Assembly (NCBI GenBank): GCA_002701365.1
Contig: NZUK01000009.1
Location: forward strand, 121,646-185,645
Length of the DNA stretch: 64,000 bases
Direction of reading: 5' to 3'
Source: Flavobacteriales bacterium
GTDB taxonomy: Bacteria; Bacteroidota; Bacteroidia; Flavobacteriales; TMED113
Shown here: one piece after another, positions 1 to 9,180 of the stretch
Layout of the letters: each line of letters opens with the position of its first letter
Position numbering within the stretch: position 1 is the stretch's first letter
Translations under genes and position numbers: made by a program
Notes under the pieces: generated by a model
The model's input: the letters and a program-made list of their open reading frames with translations, nothing else
Database searches by the model: none
Told to the model about the DNA's origin: nothing

Positions 1-1156
1 TTATGCAGCTCATTGGCGCTATAAAGAAAACAACCTAAAAAGTTCAAAAATTCAAAAAAACCTTGATAATTGGATCAATAGAGTTAGAGACACACTAGAA
101 TACGACAAGAAAAATGCTATTGAGTTTGTAGATGACTTTAAATTAAATTTATTTTCGGAAGAAATATTTGTTTTTTCACCTACAGGAGATTTAGTCACAT
201 TACCAACTGGAGCCACTTCACTAGATTTTGCATTTCAAATACACACGGACTTGGGTAAAAGTTGTCTTGGAACAAAGGTAAATGGAAAACTTGTTCCTCT
301 AAGTCACAAACTTAAAAGTGGCGATCAAATTGAAATAATTAGTTCGAGAAAACAAACCCCAAAAGAAAATTGGCTAGACTTTGTCATAACATCTAAAGCA
401 AGAAATAAAATAAAAAACTCTCTAAAACAAGGAAGAAAATCTATTGCTCAAGATGGGAAAGAAACACTCATCAGAAAACTAAAACATTTAAAAATTAAAT
501 TTACAGAGTCAACAGTAAATGAATTACAAATTTACTTTGAATTAAATGATAGCTTAGAACTTTTTTACAGGGTAGGAATTGGAAAAATAACTAACGAGCA
601 ATTAAAAGAGTTTAAGAGAAACAGGGATAGTTGGTACGATTTTATTAAATCTAAATTTATTAAAAAACAAAAAATAGAACTACCAATATCAAATAAAGAA
701 AAGACTAAACTATTAGTTTTTGGTGAAGAAGAAGAAGTATTGGACTATAAAATTGCAACATGTTGCCAGCCAATATCAGGAGATAAAGTCTTTGGATTTG
801 TAACTATAAAAGATGGTATAAAAATACATTCTATTTTATGTCCAAATGCAATAAGATTAAGAACTAGTTTCTCTTATAGAATACTTAACTGTAAATGGAA
901 AAGTGCAAACAATATAGAATTTGATGCTTTAATTGAAATAAAAGGGATTGACTCAGTTGGACTAGTCAATAAAATAACCAATATTATTTCAAGTCACATG
1001 AATGTCAATATGAAATTGCTTAATTTTAATACAAATGATGGTTTATTTTATGGAAAAATCACGTTATTAGTAAAGAATAATAAACATCTGGAAAAAGTAA
1101 CTAAACAAATACAAAAAATTGAGGGTGTTGAACAGGTTAACAGAATTAATGAATAA
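1..1156 (+). CDS. RelA/SpoT-family (p)ppGpp synthetase/hydrolase, C-terminal ~384 codons (5' end outside window)
   Basis: Frame 2 is open from the first bases of the window and runs into the listed 251..1156 ORF. The translation contains a TGS-domain signature (FSPTGDLVTLPTGATSLDFAFQIHTDLG...VNGKLVPLSHKLKSGDQIEI) and a C-terminal ACT-like segment (IEIKGIDSVGLVNKITNIIS). Confidence 0.85.
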   Translation, partial: YAAHWRYKENNLKSSKIQKNLDNWINRVRDTLEYDKKNAIEFVDDFKLNLFSEEIFVFSPTGDLVTLPTGATSLDFAFQIHTDLGKSCLGTKVNGKLVPLSHKLKSGDQIEIISSRKQTPKENWLDFVITSKARNKIKNSLKQGRKSIAQDGKETLIRKLKHLKIKFTESTVNELQIYFELNDSLELFYRVGIGKITNEQLKEFKRNRDSWYDFIKSKFIKKQKIELPISNKEKTKLLVFGEEEEVLDYKIATCCQPISGDKVFGFVTIKDGIKIHSILCPNAIRLRTSFSYRILNCKWKSANNIEFDALIEIKGIDSVGLVNKITNIISSHMNVNMKLLNFNTNDGLFYGKITLLVKNNKHLEKVTKQIQKIEGVEQVNRINE

Positions 1157-1173
1157 ATATACTTGCACATAGC

Positions 1174-1602
1174 ATGAAACAGAAAGAATTATTAAATAAA
1201 TATCTTTTAGAAAATAACTTGCGTCAAACACCAGAACGATATATTATACTAAAGCATATATATAAAATTTCTAAACATTTTGAAATTGATTTTTTATTTA
1301 ATCGTATCAATAAAAAAGATAAAATAAGTAAAGCTACTATCTATAACAATCTTGAGGTTTTATCTAAAGCAGGCTTGATTAAAAAAATTAGTTTCAATAA
1401 TAATAAAATTTTATACGAAAAATCACTAAATAAAAATCAACATGACCATTTAATATGTAATGCATGTGGTGAAATTATAGAATTTTGCGATCCTAGGATC
1501 AAAAATATACTCGATGGTGTTCAGAAAATGACTAACTTTCAAGTTCAAAGCCATGAATTAAATATATATGGTGTATGTCAAAATAAAAAATGTAATAAAT
1601 GA
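1174..1602 (+). CDS. fur: Fur-family transcriptional regulator
   Basis: 142 aa with an N-terminal winged-helix region and a metal-site pattern (HDHLICNACGEIIEF plus C-terminal GVCQNKKC). The stop overlaps the purA start (ATGA at 1599-1602). Confidence 0.8.
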   Translation: MKQKELLNKYLLENNLRQTPERYIILKHIYKISKHFEIDFLFNRINKKDKISKATIYNNLEVLSKAGLIKKISFNNNKILYEKSLNKNQHDHLICNACGEIIEFCDPRIKNILDGVQKMTNFQVQSHELNIYGVCQNKKCNK

Positions 1603-2864
1603 AAGTAGATGTTTTATTAGGTTTGCAATGGGGCGACGAAGGAAAAGGAAAAATTGTTGATTTTATTAGCAATAAATATGATATAATTGCACGTTTTCAA
1701 GGTGGACCTAATGCAGGACACACTATCAAATTTAATCAACAAAAATATGTTTTGCACACTATTCCATCTGGTATTTTTAATGAAAATGTCAACAATATTA
1801 TTGGGAATGGTGTAGTAATTGATCCAGTAACATTATGTGCGGAGTTGGATATGCTAGACAAGATGCAAATTAATTACAAAAAAAACTTATTTATATCAAG
1901 GAAAGCTCATCTGATTATCCCTACTCATAAACACTTAGATGCAGCCTCTGAAATTGCTAAGGGGAAAGATAAAATTGGTTCTACCTTAAGAGGTATAACA
2001 CCAACTTACATGGACAAAACTGGCAGAAACGGACTACGTATCGGTGATTGTGAATTACAAAGTTTTGATAAAAAACTTCAAAATCTCACAAAAAAACATC
2101 TACATATTCTCAAGCATTACAACTATAAAGCTGATTTAACCAAGCAAATAGATGTATGGTTCAAGGCGATAGATCGAATTAAGTCCATTCCCTTTATTAA
2201 TAGTGAGTATGTTTTTCATGACGCACTATCTAAAAATAAAAATATTTTAGCTGAGGGTGCACAAGGCACATTACTAGATCTTGATTTTGGGACTTATCCA
2301 TTTGTTACATCTTCTAACACAATAGCCTCAGGAGCATGTAATGGTTTAGGAATAGCTCCTAACTCAATAAAAGAAGTTATTGGTATTTTTAAAGCTTATT
2401 GCACAAGAGTTGGCTCAGGTCCATTTCCAACTGAACTAAAAGATAAAACAGGGGATAAAATGGCAAAAAAAGGCAATGAGTTTGGATCGACTACTGGAAG
2501 AGCAAGAAGATGTGGATGGATTGACCTGCCAGCACTAAAATATGCAATCAATATAAATGGAGTAACCCAGCTAAGCATGATGAAATCTGATGTTTTAAGT
2601 GGGTTTAAGACTATTAAAGTATGCACAAGTTATAATTACAAAGGGGCGGAAATTAACTATTTACCATATGATTTAGATGATGAATTAATTACACCTAACT
2701 ACACTGAAATTGAAGGCTGGGATGAGGACATATCTTGCATGACATCTATGAATACAATGCCTAAGGCATTCCTTAAATACATTGATTTTTTAGAAAAAGA
2801 ATTAAATAAACCTATTTCAATTATTTCAGTGGGGCCAGATCGGTCTCAAACAATTTTTAAATAA
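1599..2864 (+). CDS. purA: adenylosuccinate synthase
   Basis: Full-length 421 aa. Carries the QWGDEGKGK P-loop, GGPNAGHT and the GSTTGRARRCGW motif. Confidence 0.95.
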   Translation: MKVDVLLGLQWGDEGKGKIVDFISNKYDIIARFQGGPNAGHTIKFNQQKYVLHTIPSGIFNENVNNIIGNGVVIDPVTLCAELDMLDKMQINYKKNLFISRKAHLIIPTHKHLDAASEIAKGKDKIGSTLRGITPTYMDKTGRNGLRIGDCELQSFDKKLQNLTKKHLHILKHYNYKADLTKQIDVWFKAIDRIKSIPFINSEYVFHDALSKNKNILAEGAQGTLLDLDFGTYPFVTSSNTIASGACNGLGIAPNSIKEVIGIFKAYCTRVGSGPFPTELKDKTGDKMAKKGNEFGSTTGRARRCGWIDLPALKYAININGVTQLSMMKSDVLSGFKTIKVCTSYNYKGAEINYLPYDLDDELITPNYTEIEGWDEDISCMTSMNTMPKAFLKYIDFLEKELNKPISIISVGPDRSQTIFK

Positions 2865-2954
2865 ATAGATATTAGTATCCAAGCTATCTATAAACATATT
2901 ATATTTTTATTTTTTACTTCACAATATATTTTTTGTCAAAATCCTATTAACGTA

Positions 2955-4346
2955 GTGCAATCAAATCAATTAGATCAAATTATTGTCAATGACACAACTT
3001 GGCAAAAATTTGCAGGAAATGTTATAATTGAACACTTAGATTTTAAAATTAAATCTGACACTATTATTATTGATGAATTTAAAACTCTTATCAAAGGTTG
3101 GGGGAATACTGAAATCACTAATGACTCTATAAGTTGTAAAAGTGACTCAATTAATATTAAAAAATTACAAGATCACATTGTGTTTTATAATAATACCATA
3201 CTAAAAACAAATGGTATGACAATTTATAGCAATCAAATTACATATGATTATAAAAATAAAAAACTAAATTACTACAGTGGAGGCACTATTAAATCTAAAA
3301 ATCAAAATATTGAGAGTCAAGTTTTTTTGTATAATATAGAGTCAAAAGAATCTAGTTTTTCTAAAAACATAAATTTAAAGACTCAAGACTTTGTAATACA
3401 AACAGATACAATGCACGAATATAATGATACTATTACTTTTATTGGAATGACCAATATCAAAAACAGTGAATTAGATATTTATTGTAACAAAGGTTTATTA
3501 AAAAAATCCAATACTTTAATTCTTGATAATGGAGTAAAAGTTCATGTTAAAAATGAAATTATCCAAGCTAAAAAATTAATTAGAGACATAAAAAAAGACA
3601 CAAATCACTTTACAGAGGATGTGAAAATAATAACTGAGGATAGCACGCATGTTTTTGGTAATGAACTTACTCAACTTGATGATGTATCGACTATTACAAA
3701 AAATTGTAAAATAAAGTTATTAAATAATACAGATTCAATTATTGTTACAGGAGATAGTATCCTAATCAATAACCAGGATAACACAATTCAAATAAATTCA
3801 AATGTCATTATAAATGGTCAAGATCTTCATGGAAGTTGCGAAATAATGACATTTGAATCTAATTATACAGAAATAAACATGTTGACTAGGCCAGTTTTAT
3901 TTTTTAATCAGACTCAGTTAACTGGGGAAATAATCACATTATTTAAACAAAACAATCAATTAGATAGTATTTATATACCAAAGAACCCATTCATAAGGTC
4001 TCCTAATGATTCTCTTAGTTATGATAATCAAATAAAAGGAAATTTTCTTGAGGGAAAGTTGAAGGAAAAATCCATAGATTTTCTTGAATTTAATGGAAAC
4101 AGTAAAATGAAATACTTTGACAAAAATATAGAAAACAAATCTGTTCTTGGAATTAATAATATCGAGGCAGGAAAAATTAAAATACTATTTGATAATAGTA
4201 ATAATATAAAAAGTATGCTATGTGTAAATCAAGTCGAATCTAATCATATAGAATTAGACACAACTAAAAACACAATGCAAAAAGTTAAAGAAATAACAGA
4301 GTTAGATGGCTATCAAATTTATTCAATTAAAGTATTGAAAAATTAA
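2955..4346 (+). CDS. OstA/LptA-like beta-jellyroll repeat protein (hypothetical); true start probably upstream of 2955
   Basis: The GNVIIEHLDFKIKSDTIIID pattern and repeated N/T/I-rich beta-strand modules resemble Bacteroidota OstA-like proteins. The frame is open back to 2865 and encodes a signal-peptide-like stretch (see findings). Confidence 0.5.
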   Translation: MQSNQLDQIIVNDTTWQKFAGNVIIEHLDFKIKSDTIIIDEFKTLIKGWGNTEITNDSISCKSDSINIKKLQDHIVFYNNTILKTNGMTIYSNQITYDYKNKKLNYYSGGTIKSKNQNIESQVFLYNIESKESSFSKNINLKTQDFVIQTDTMHEYNDTITFIGMTNIKNSELDIYCNKGLLKKSNTLILDNGVKVHVKNEIIQAKKLIRDIKKDTNHFTEDVKIITEDSTHVFGNELTQLDDVSTITKNCKIKLLNNTDSIIVTGDSILINNQDNTIQINSNVIINGQDLHGSCEIMTFESNYTEINMLTRPVLFFNQTQLTGEIITLFKQNNQLDSIYIPKNPFIRSPNDSLSYDNQIKGNFLEGKLKEKSIDFLEFNGNSKMKYFDKNIENKSVLGINNIEAGKIKILFDNSNNIKSMLCVNQVESNHIELDTTKNTMQKVKEITELDGYQIYSIKVLKN

Positions 4347-4453
4347 ATATTTATTCTCTTTTTAACAGATAACAACAGGTTAAGGAAAGTTAATTATTAA
4401 AAAAAGATATAATAAAGTCTTTAAAAAAGTGCCTGATTTATAATTTTTTAATA

Positions 4454-4461
4454 TATATTTG
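4454..4461 (+). promoter_or_regulatory. Bacteroidota -7 promoter box TAnnTTTG (TATATTTG) upstream of porin gene
   Basis: Exact match to TAnnTTTG, 34 nt upstream of the ATG at 4495. Chance matches are possible in AT-rich DNA. Confidence 0.35.
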
Positions 4462-4494
4462 CCCTGTTAACTAATTATTAATAATTATTATATT

Positions 4495-5163
4495 ATGAAA
4501 AAATTTATTTTAATGTTTGCGACTTTATGTTTTATAACATTCTCAGCAAACGCACAAACAAAGAAAGGAACTGTACTTTTAGGTGCAGGGAGCCAATTTT
4601 CTGAAACTTCTTGGACAGAGTGGATGATTAGTCCAAAAATTGGATACTTCATTCAAGATGGTTTAGCAATTGGTGCTATGATTCATTTCGACAGTGACGA
4701 TCAATATGTACCTGCATTTGCTGGTGATTATGTAATCGTTAATGGACAACCTACTGTCGTTGGAGCTCACGGAGACTACACTCTTACAGATAATACTAGA
4801 GAGTTTGGTGTTTTTGCAAGATATTATGCTGCAAGAAATTTATTCGTTGAGATGTCTTTAAGTAGTATGACTATGGAAGATGATTCATGGGGTCCTGTTA
4901 CATATTTTAATGTTGGCCAAAATCAGTGGATAACCGAAGATATGGTGACTCAAACAAGAATGTCTACTTCTAATGTAAGATTAGGAATGGGTTATACTCT
5001 AGTTTGGAGAGAGCACTTTGCTATTGAGCCATTTGTTCACTTAGACTTAGTTGTTGATGGTGAGATGGTTATGGATGGTCAAGGAACAGTTCAAAATGTT
5101 GAAACTATTGATTTATCAGGTTCTGAATTCATCGGTGGTGTTAACTTTAGCTTATTCTTTTAA
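4495..5163 (+). CDS. outer-membrane beta-barrel (porin-family) protein
   Basis: Signal peptide MKKFILMFATLCFITFSANAQ, alternating amphipathic strands and a C-terminal aromatic end (...NFSLFF). Followed by a strong terminator. Confidence 0.65.
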   Translation: MKKFILMFATLCFITFSANAQTKKGTVLLGAGSQFSETSWTEWMISPKIGYFIQDGLAIGAMIHFDSDDQYVPAFAGDYVIVNGQPTVVGAHGDYTLTDNTREFGVFARYYAARNLFVEMSLSSMTMEDDSWGPVTYFNVGQNQWITEDMVTQTRMSTSNVRLGMGYTLVWREHFAIEPFVHLDLVVDGEMVMDGQGTVQNVETIDLSGSEFIGGVNFSLFF

Positions 5164-5190
5164 GAAACTCTTAATTGAATGTTCAAAATC

Positions 5191-5221
5191 AAAAGGGCTC
5201 TTAGTGAGCCCTTTTTTTTTT
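5191..5221. terminator. intrinsic terminator between convergent genes
   Basis: AAAA-GGGCTC-ttagt-GAGCCC-T(10). The 6-bp GC-rich stem spans 5195-5200/5206-5211 and the T-run spans 5212-5221. It sits between the porin stop (5163) and the stop of the minus-strand ORF (5220). Confidence 0.85.
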
Positions 5222-5735
5222 ACTTCTCCTTACAATATAATTTTTTCCAATTATCGATTGGAATTATCCAAGACTGATCACTAGTAGTTATATTAATATT
5301 AAACACAAAAATATTATTGTATTTATTAGATGTTTTTATTTGTTTAATAAAATTCGAATAAGGCAAAAATTTCACATCTATTCTATCGATTTCTAGAATT
5401 GACTTCTTTTCAATTTCCATATTGCAGAAAGGTATCTGCAATCTATTTAATAGATCAATACCTAAATCTAACGCTATTTTCTTAATTTCTCTTGTTAATG
5501 CGTCAATTCCGCATCCAGAAATACTAAGACTATTAGTTGAGATAATAATAAAATGAGAATTTAATATAACTAAATCAGGAAATATTTTTTTTTGATGAGA
5601 ATACCAAGTCGGGAAAAATACATTATTAAAATGATTTTTAATATATTCAATATGATTAATATCTAACTTATTAATTGATTGAAATACAAATACCCTACTG
5701 ATATTTTGTTTTGATAGGAATGCAACAAGCTTCAT
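5220..5735 (-). CDS. hypothetical protein (last gene of the Fe-S operon)
   Basis: 171-aa ORF separated by 1 nt from the upstream CCG-domain gene. No motif recognised. Confidence 0.5.
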   Translation of the reverse strand: MKLVAFLSKQNISRVFVFQSINKLDINHIEYIKNHFNNVFFPTWYSHQKKIFPDLVILNSHFIIISTNSLSISGCGIDALTREIKKIALDLGIDLLNRLQIPFCNMEIEKKSILEIDRIDVKFLPYSNFIKQIKTSNKYNNIFVFNINITTSDQSWIIPIDNWKKLYCKEK

Positions 5736-5736
5736 A

Positions 5737-6516
5737 TTATAATTTTTCAGACTTCACAATTATTTCTGCTATATCAACAACATCTGCAGCTCCTTCATTT
5801 AAATTTTTAACTCCATCAGTTAACATCGTATTACAGAAAGGACAACCTGTAGCTATTAAATCTACATTTGTTCTTAAAGCCTCTTCTGTTCGAAGGATAT
5901 TAATGTCTTTTGAGCCTTTTTCGGGCTCTTTAAACATTTGAGCACCACCAGCTCCGCAACAAAGAGATCTTTCTTTAGATCGCTTCATTTCAATTAAATC
6001 TAAACCAATGATTTTAAGGAGCTTACGAGGTGTATTAAAAACACCATTTCCTCTTCCTAAATAACAAGGGTCGTGATATGTGATTTTTGTTCCTTTTAAA
6101 TTTCCTGAAAGAACAAGTCGTTTATTATGAATTAATTCATAAATAAATTGTGTATGATGCAGAACGTCATAATTCCCGCCTAATCCACTATATTCATTTT
6201 TAATAGTATTAAAATCATGGGGACAAGTAGTAACAATACGCTTTACTTGATATGAATTTAAAATTTCAATATTCATCAATGCCTGCATTTGAAATAAAAA
6301 TTCATTACCAGCTCTCTTAGCAATATCTCCACTCGCAGATTCTTCAACACCCAAAACACCAAATTGAACATTGGCTTTGTGCATAATTTTCACAAATGAT
6401 CTAGTAATTTTTTTGGCCCTATCATCAAAACTACCAGCAGATCCAACCCAAAATAAAATTTCTGGACTCGCACCTTCAGCCAACCATTCTGCCATTGTTT
6501 TAACCTGTAAACTCAT
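5737..6516 (-). CDS. (Fe-S)-binding protein with cysteine-rich CCG domains (HdrD/GlpC/GlcF/LutA C-terminal-half-like)
   Basis: Two CCG-type cysteine clusters are present (TCPHD...HDPCYLGRGNG and CCGAGG...ATGCPFCNTM). Confidence 0.8.
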   Translation of the reverse strand: MSLQVKTMAEWLAEGASPEILFWVGSAGSFDDRAKKITRSFVKIMHKANVQFGVLGVEESASGDIAKRAGNEFLFQMQALMNIEILNSYQVKRIVTTCPHDFNTIKNEYSGLGGNYDVLHHTQFIYELIHNKRLVLSGNLKGTKITYHDPCYLGRGNGVFNTPRKLLKIIGLDLIEMKRSKERSLCCGAGGAQMFKEPEKGSKDINILRTEEALRTNVDLIATGCPFCNTMLTDGVKNLNEGAADVVDIAEIIVKSEKL

Positions 6517-6517
6517 A

Positions 6518-6943
6518 TCACTTAAAAACTTGAATTTTTACATTTTTTTCAACCAAATCTGTAAATTTGCCATCATACCTTGTTGCTCGAACCATATGAT
6601 TATCAATCCAATGATAATTCCCCCCTCTTGGTTTGCCCATTAATAATCCATGGTATTTAAACCCATGACGCTTCAACCACGCTTCTGTCACAACTCGATG
6701 AACCTCAATTCTAGATGTAAAAAAAGTTATTATATGACCTTGGTCATACCATTTATTCAAGGTAATTAAAGCTTCAGGGTAAACAGTAGCCGTAGACATT
6801 CTATCAGGCTGTTCATTTGGTATATCATCACAAATCGTACCATCAATATCTATCAGATAATTTTTAGTGTCATTTGGTAACACTGGACTAATGTATTCAC
6901 CTTTTATTTTTTTTTGAATTAATGTATTTTTTTTATTCATCAT
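6518..6943 (-). CDS. small HAD-superfamily phosphatase-like protein
   Basis: Has the DxDGT nucleophile motif (LIDIDGTICDD), a later TSR, GKPRGG and a WIDN acidic motif. Overlaps the upstream gene by 11 nt, with a 1-nt gap to the downstream gene. Confidence 0.6.
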   Translation of the reverse strand: MMNKKNTLIQKKIKGEYISPVLPNDTKNYLIDIDGTICDDIPNEQPDRMSTATVYPEALITLNKWYDQGHIITFFTSRIEVHRVVTEAWLKRHGFKYHGLLMGKPRGGNYHWIDNHMVRATRYDGKFTDLVEKNVKIQVFK

Positions 6944-8252
6944 CTTTCCAATTTAATCGATCCGAAGCAGAAAATTGCCACGGAGCACCATTATTCTCTA
7001 TGTTTGAAAAAACAGTATTTAATTCTGAGGGAGCCGAGGACTCTTCCATTACAGAATAACGCCTTAAATCCATAATAATAGACAAAGGATCTATACTTAA
7101 AGGACAAGCTTCTACACAAGCATTACATGATGTACAAGCCCATAATTCTTCTGGGGAAATAAAATCACTTAACAATGTCTTATTATCACTGAATTTGGGT
7201 CCATTTTTATCAACCCCCTTTCCTAACTCCTCAATTCTATCACGAACATCCATCATGATTTTTCTAGGAGATAATTTTTTACCTGTCATATTTGCGGGGC
7301 ATTCAGAAGAACAACGACCACACTCTGTACAAGAATATGCATTTAATAATTGAACCCATGTTAAGTCCCTTGCATCTTTCGCACCAAACATTTCAGGATT
7401 CGAATTATCATCAGTTTGCGCAAACGGGTCGGCATTAGGATCTAGCATCATTTTAACTTCTTTTGTTACAGAATCCATGTTTTTAAATTGTCCTTTAGGA
7501 TTTAAATTAGAATAATATACGTTTGGAAAAGCCAATAATATATGTAGATGTTTAGAGATTACTAAGTAATTTAAAAAACATAATATCCCAATAATATGGA
7601 ACCACCAACAAAATCGCTCAACAAAAATCAAAGATGAAGTAGAAAGGTCAAGTAAAATTGGAGCAATCAAACTACTAATTGGAAAACTTCCAACAGAATG
7701 ATAATAATTAGGAAGTTTATCTTGTAAGATTAAATCCGCTGCATCCATAAAAAGAAACGCAGACATGAGTAAAATTTCAAAAATTAAAATTAAGTTTGCA
7801 TCTGATTTCGGCCAACCTTTCATCTCTGGACTTGAAAATCTTTTAATTCTTAACATATTTCTTCTAATTAAAAAAATAACACAAGCTATTAAAACTAAAA
7901 AGGCTAAAATTTCAAAAGTGGCAATTAAAAAATCATAGAATGGTCCAAGAAACGACAAAACACGATGTGTTCCAAATAAACCATCAATGATAATTTCAAC
8001 AACTTCTATATTAATAATTACAAACCCAACGTAAACTATTAAATGCAATAACGCAACCAGTGGCTTTTTAAACATTTTAGACTGTCCAAATGCAATAAAA
8101 AACACTCTTTTCCATCTTTCTTTTTTGTTAGGAAAATTTTGATCACTTTTACCTAGATTAATATTGCGAATAATTTTATTGATATTTCTATAAAAAAGAA
8201 AGATGCTAGATGATAAAAGAATAAAGAAAATCAAACTACTTGTTGAAAACAT
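6933..8252 (-). CDS. integral-membrane 4Fe-4S dicluster protein (HdrE/NarI-like TM domain fused to ferredoxin domain)
   Basis: The N-terminal ~250 aa carry about 5-6 hydrophobic helices. The C-terminal part has two CxxCxxCxxxCP motifs (CTECGRCSSECP, CTSCNACVEACP). Confidence 0.8.
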   Translation of the reverse strand: MFSTSSLIFFILLSSSIFLFYRNINKIIRNINLGKSDQNFPNKKERWKRVFFIAFGQSKMFKKPLVALLHLIVYVGFVIINIEVVEIIIDGLFGTHRVLSFLGPFYDFLIATFEILAFLVLIACVIFLIRRNMLRIKRFSSPEMKGWPKSDANLILIFEILLMSAFLFMDAADLILQDKLPNYYHSVGSFPISSLIAPILLDLSTSSLIFVERFCWWFHIIGILCFLNYLVISKHLHILLAFPNVYYSNLNPKGQFKNMDSVTKEVKMMLDPNADPFAQTDDNSNPEMFGAKDARDLTWVQLLNAYSCTECGRCSSECPANMTGKKLSPRKIMMDVRDRIEELGKGVDKNGPKFSDNKTLLSDFISPEELWACTSCNACVEACPLSIDPLSIIMDLRRYSVMEESSAPSELNTVFSNIENNGAPWQFSASDRLNWKDDE

Positions 8253-8263
8253 ATATACATTCT

Positions 8264-9154
8264 TTATTTATCCTTACCCCATAATGAGATATTAACATAT
8301 TTTTTTGGATTTAACTTAATATCATTTATTAGTTGTTCAAGACTTTGAATGGCACTTGAAAAATCATTATATAATGAATCATTATTTAATAATTTTCCAA
8401 AACTACCCTCTTCTTTATTTATTTGTACAATTAGATTATCGAGTTCCTTTGAAATATTTGTCATCTGATTAGAGAAAGTAACTAAGTCAATTTTACTCAA
8501 TTGATCGCTCAAATCAGATATATTAACAATAGTATTATTGATATTAGACGCCTGCTTTTCTATTACCTCTGAAATAGCCTCTACATTATCAATACTATTA
8601 GCCACTTTTTCTTCATTATGTAATAAAATACGATTAGCAGTATTTGATAAATCTTCAACTTCTTTCAAAACTTTGTTAAACGATATAATTAATTGATCTA
8701 ACCCCACCTTTACAGACCCAAATTGTTCACTCATTTCACTAGTCAAACCAGTAGCAAGTGTACCTTTTAATGTATCACCGTTTGTTGCTATTGTACCTTT
8801 ATTTGATATTTTTAATTGCAAAGACTTAGAACCCATAATATCTGAATCATAAATTTCTAATGTAGATTGTTCTGTAAATTCAATCTGCTCTTCTAGCGCA
8901 ATTTCAACAATTAAATAAGCTTGATTCTCTGAATGTAAAGTAATATTAGACACCTGCCCTATTTTAAAGCCATTAACAGTAACTGGTCTAGAAATAGTTA
9001 ATCCATTAACGTTATCATATATTGCATAAAAAAACCTTTTATCTGAGAACACATTCTCACCTTTCAAAAAACTAACACCCCAATACAAAACGACTATTAA
9101 TATAGTTGTAAATAATCCTATAAATAATTCTGTTGATTTTTTCAAAATTCTCAA
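8264..9154 (-). CDS. MlaD/MCE-family protein
   Basis: N-terminal TM helix, an MCE-like core (VNGLTISRPVTVNGFKIGQV) and a long helical C-terminus. Confidence 0.7.
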   Translation of the reverse strand: MRILKKSTELFIGLFTTILIVVLYWGVSFLKGENVFSDKRFFYAIYDNVNGLTISRPVTVNGFKIGQVSNITLHSENQAYLIVEIALEEQIEFTEQSTLEIYDSDIMGSKSLQLKISNKGTIATNGDTLKGTLATGLTSEMSEQFGSVKVGLDQLIISFNKVLKEVEDLSNTANRILLHNEEKVANSIDNVEAISEVIEKQASNINNTIVNISDLSDQLSKIDLVTFSNQMTNISKELDNLIVQINKEEGSFGKLLNNDSLYNDFSSAIQSLEQLINDIKLNPKKYVNISLWGKDK

Positions 9155-9180
9155 TAATTAAACGCTAAAATATACGCAAT

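Noticed and set aside
2396-2626. 76-aa minus-strand ORF inside purA. The same applies to other antisense or out-of-frame ORFs nested in larger genes: 5051..5284, 5711..5941, 6371..6643, 11068..11298, 14227..14541, 14501..14746, 17759..17986, 19192..19380, 21489..21815, 21961..22197, 22270..22752, 24152..24340, 24165..24365, 24277..24492, 24652..24870, 27847..28047, 30693..30938, 32467..32664, 32633..32833, 34115..34345, 35703..35951, 37456..37716, 40061..40285, 41588..41791, 43617..43943, 44775..45020, 44900..45112, 45099..45425, 46901..47095, 48753..49007, 49540..49755, 50429..50665, 50921..51184, 52418..52690, 53211..53411, 53254..53514, 53644..53889 and 63651..63866.
   Set aside because: Each is fully embedded in, or largely overlaps, a longer ORF with clear family motifs on the other strand or frame. 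None has a recognisable motif, and their low-complexity compositions mirror the antisense of real genes.
4465-4494. AT-only palindromes (ATTATTAATAAT / AATAATTATT) immediately upstream of the porin ATG, considered as a possible Fur box.
   Set aside because: Pure A/T palindromes are expected by chance at this composition. There is no GATAAT-type hexamer phasing, and the Fur consensus for this lineage is unknown to me.
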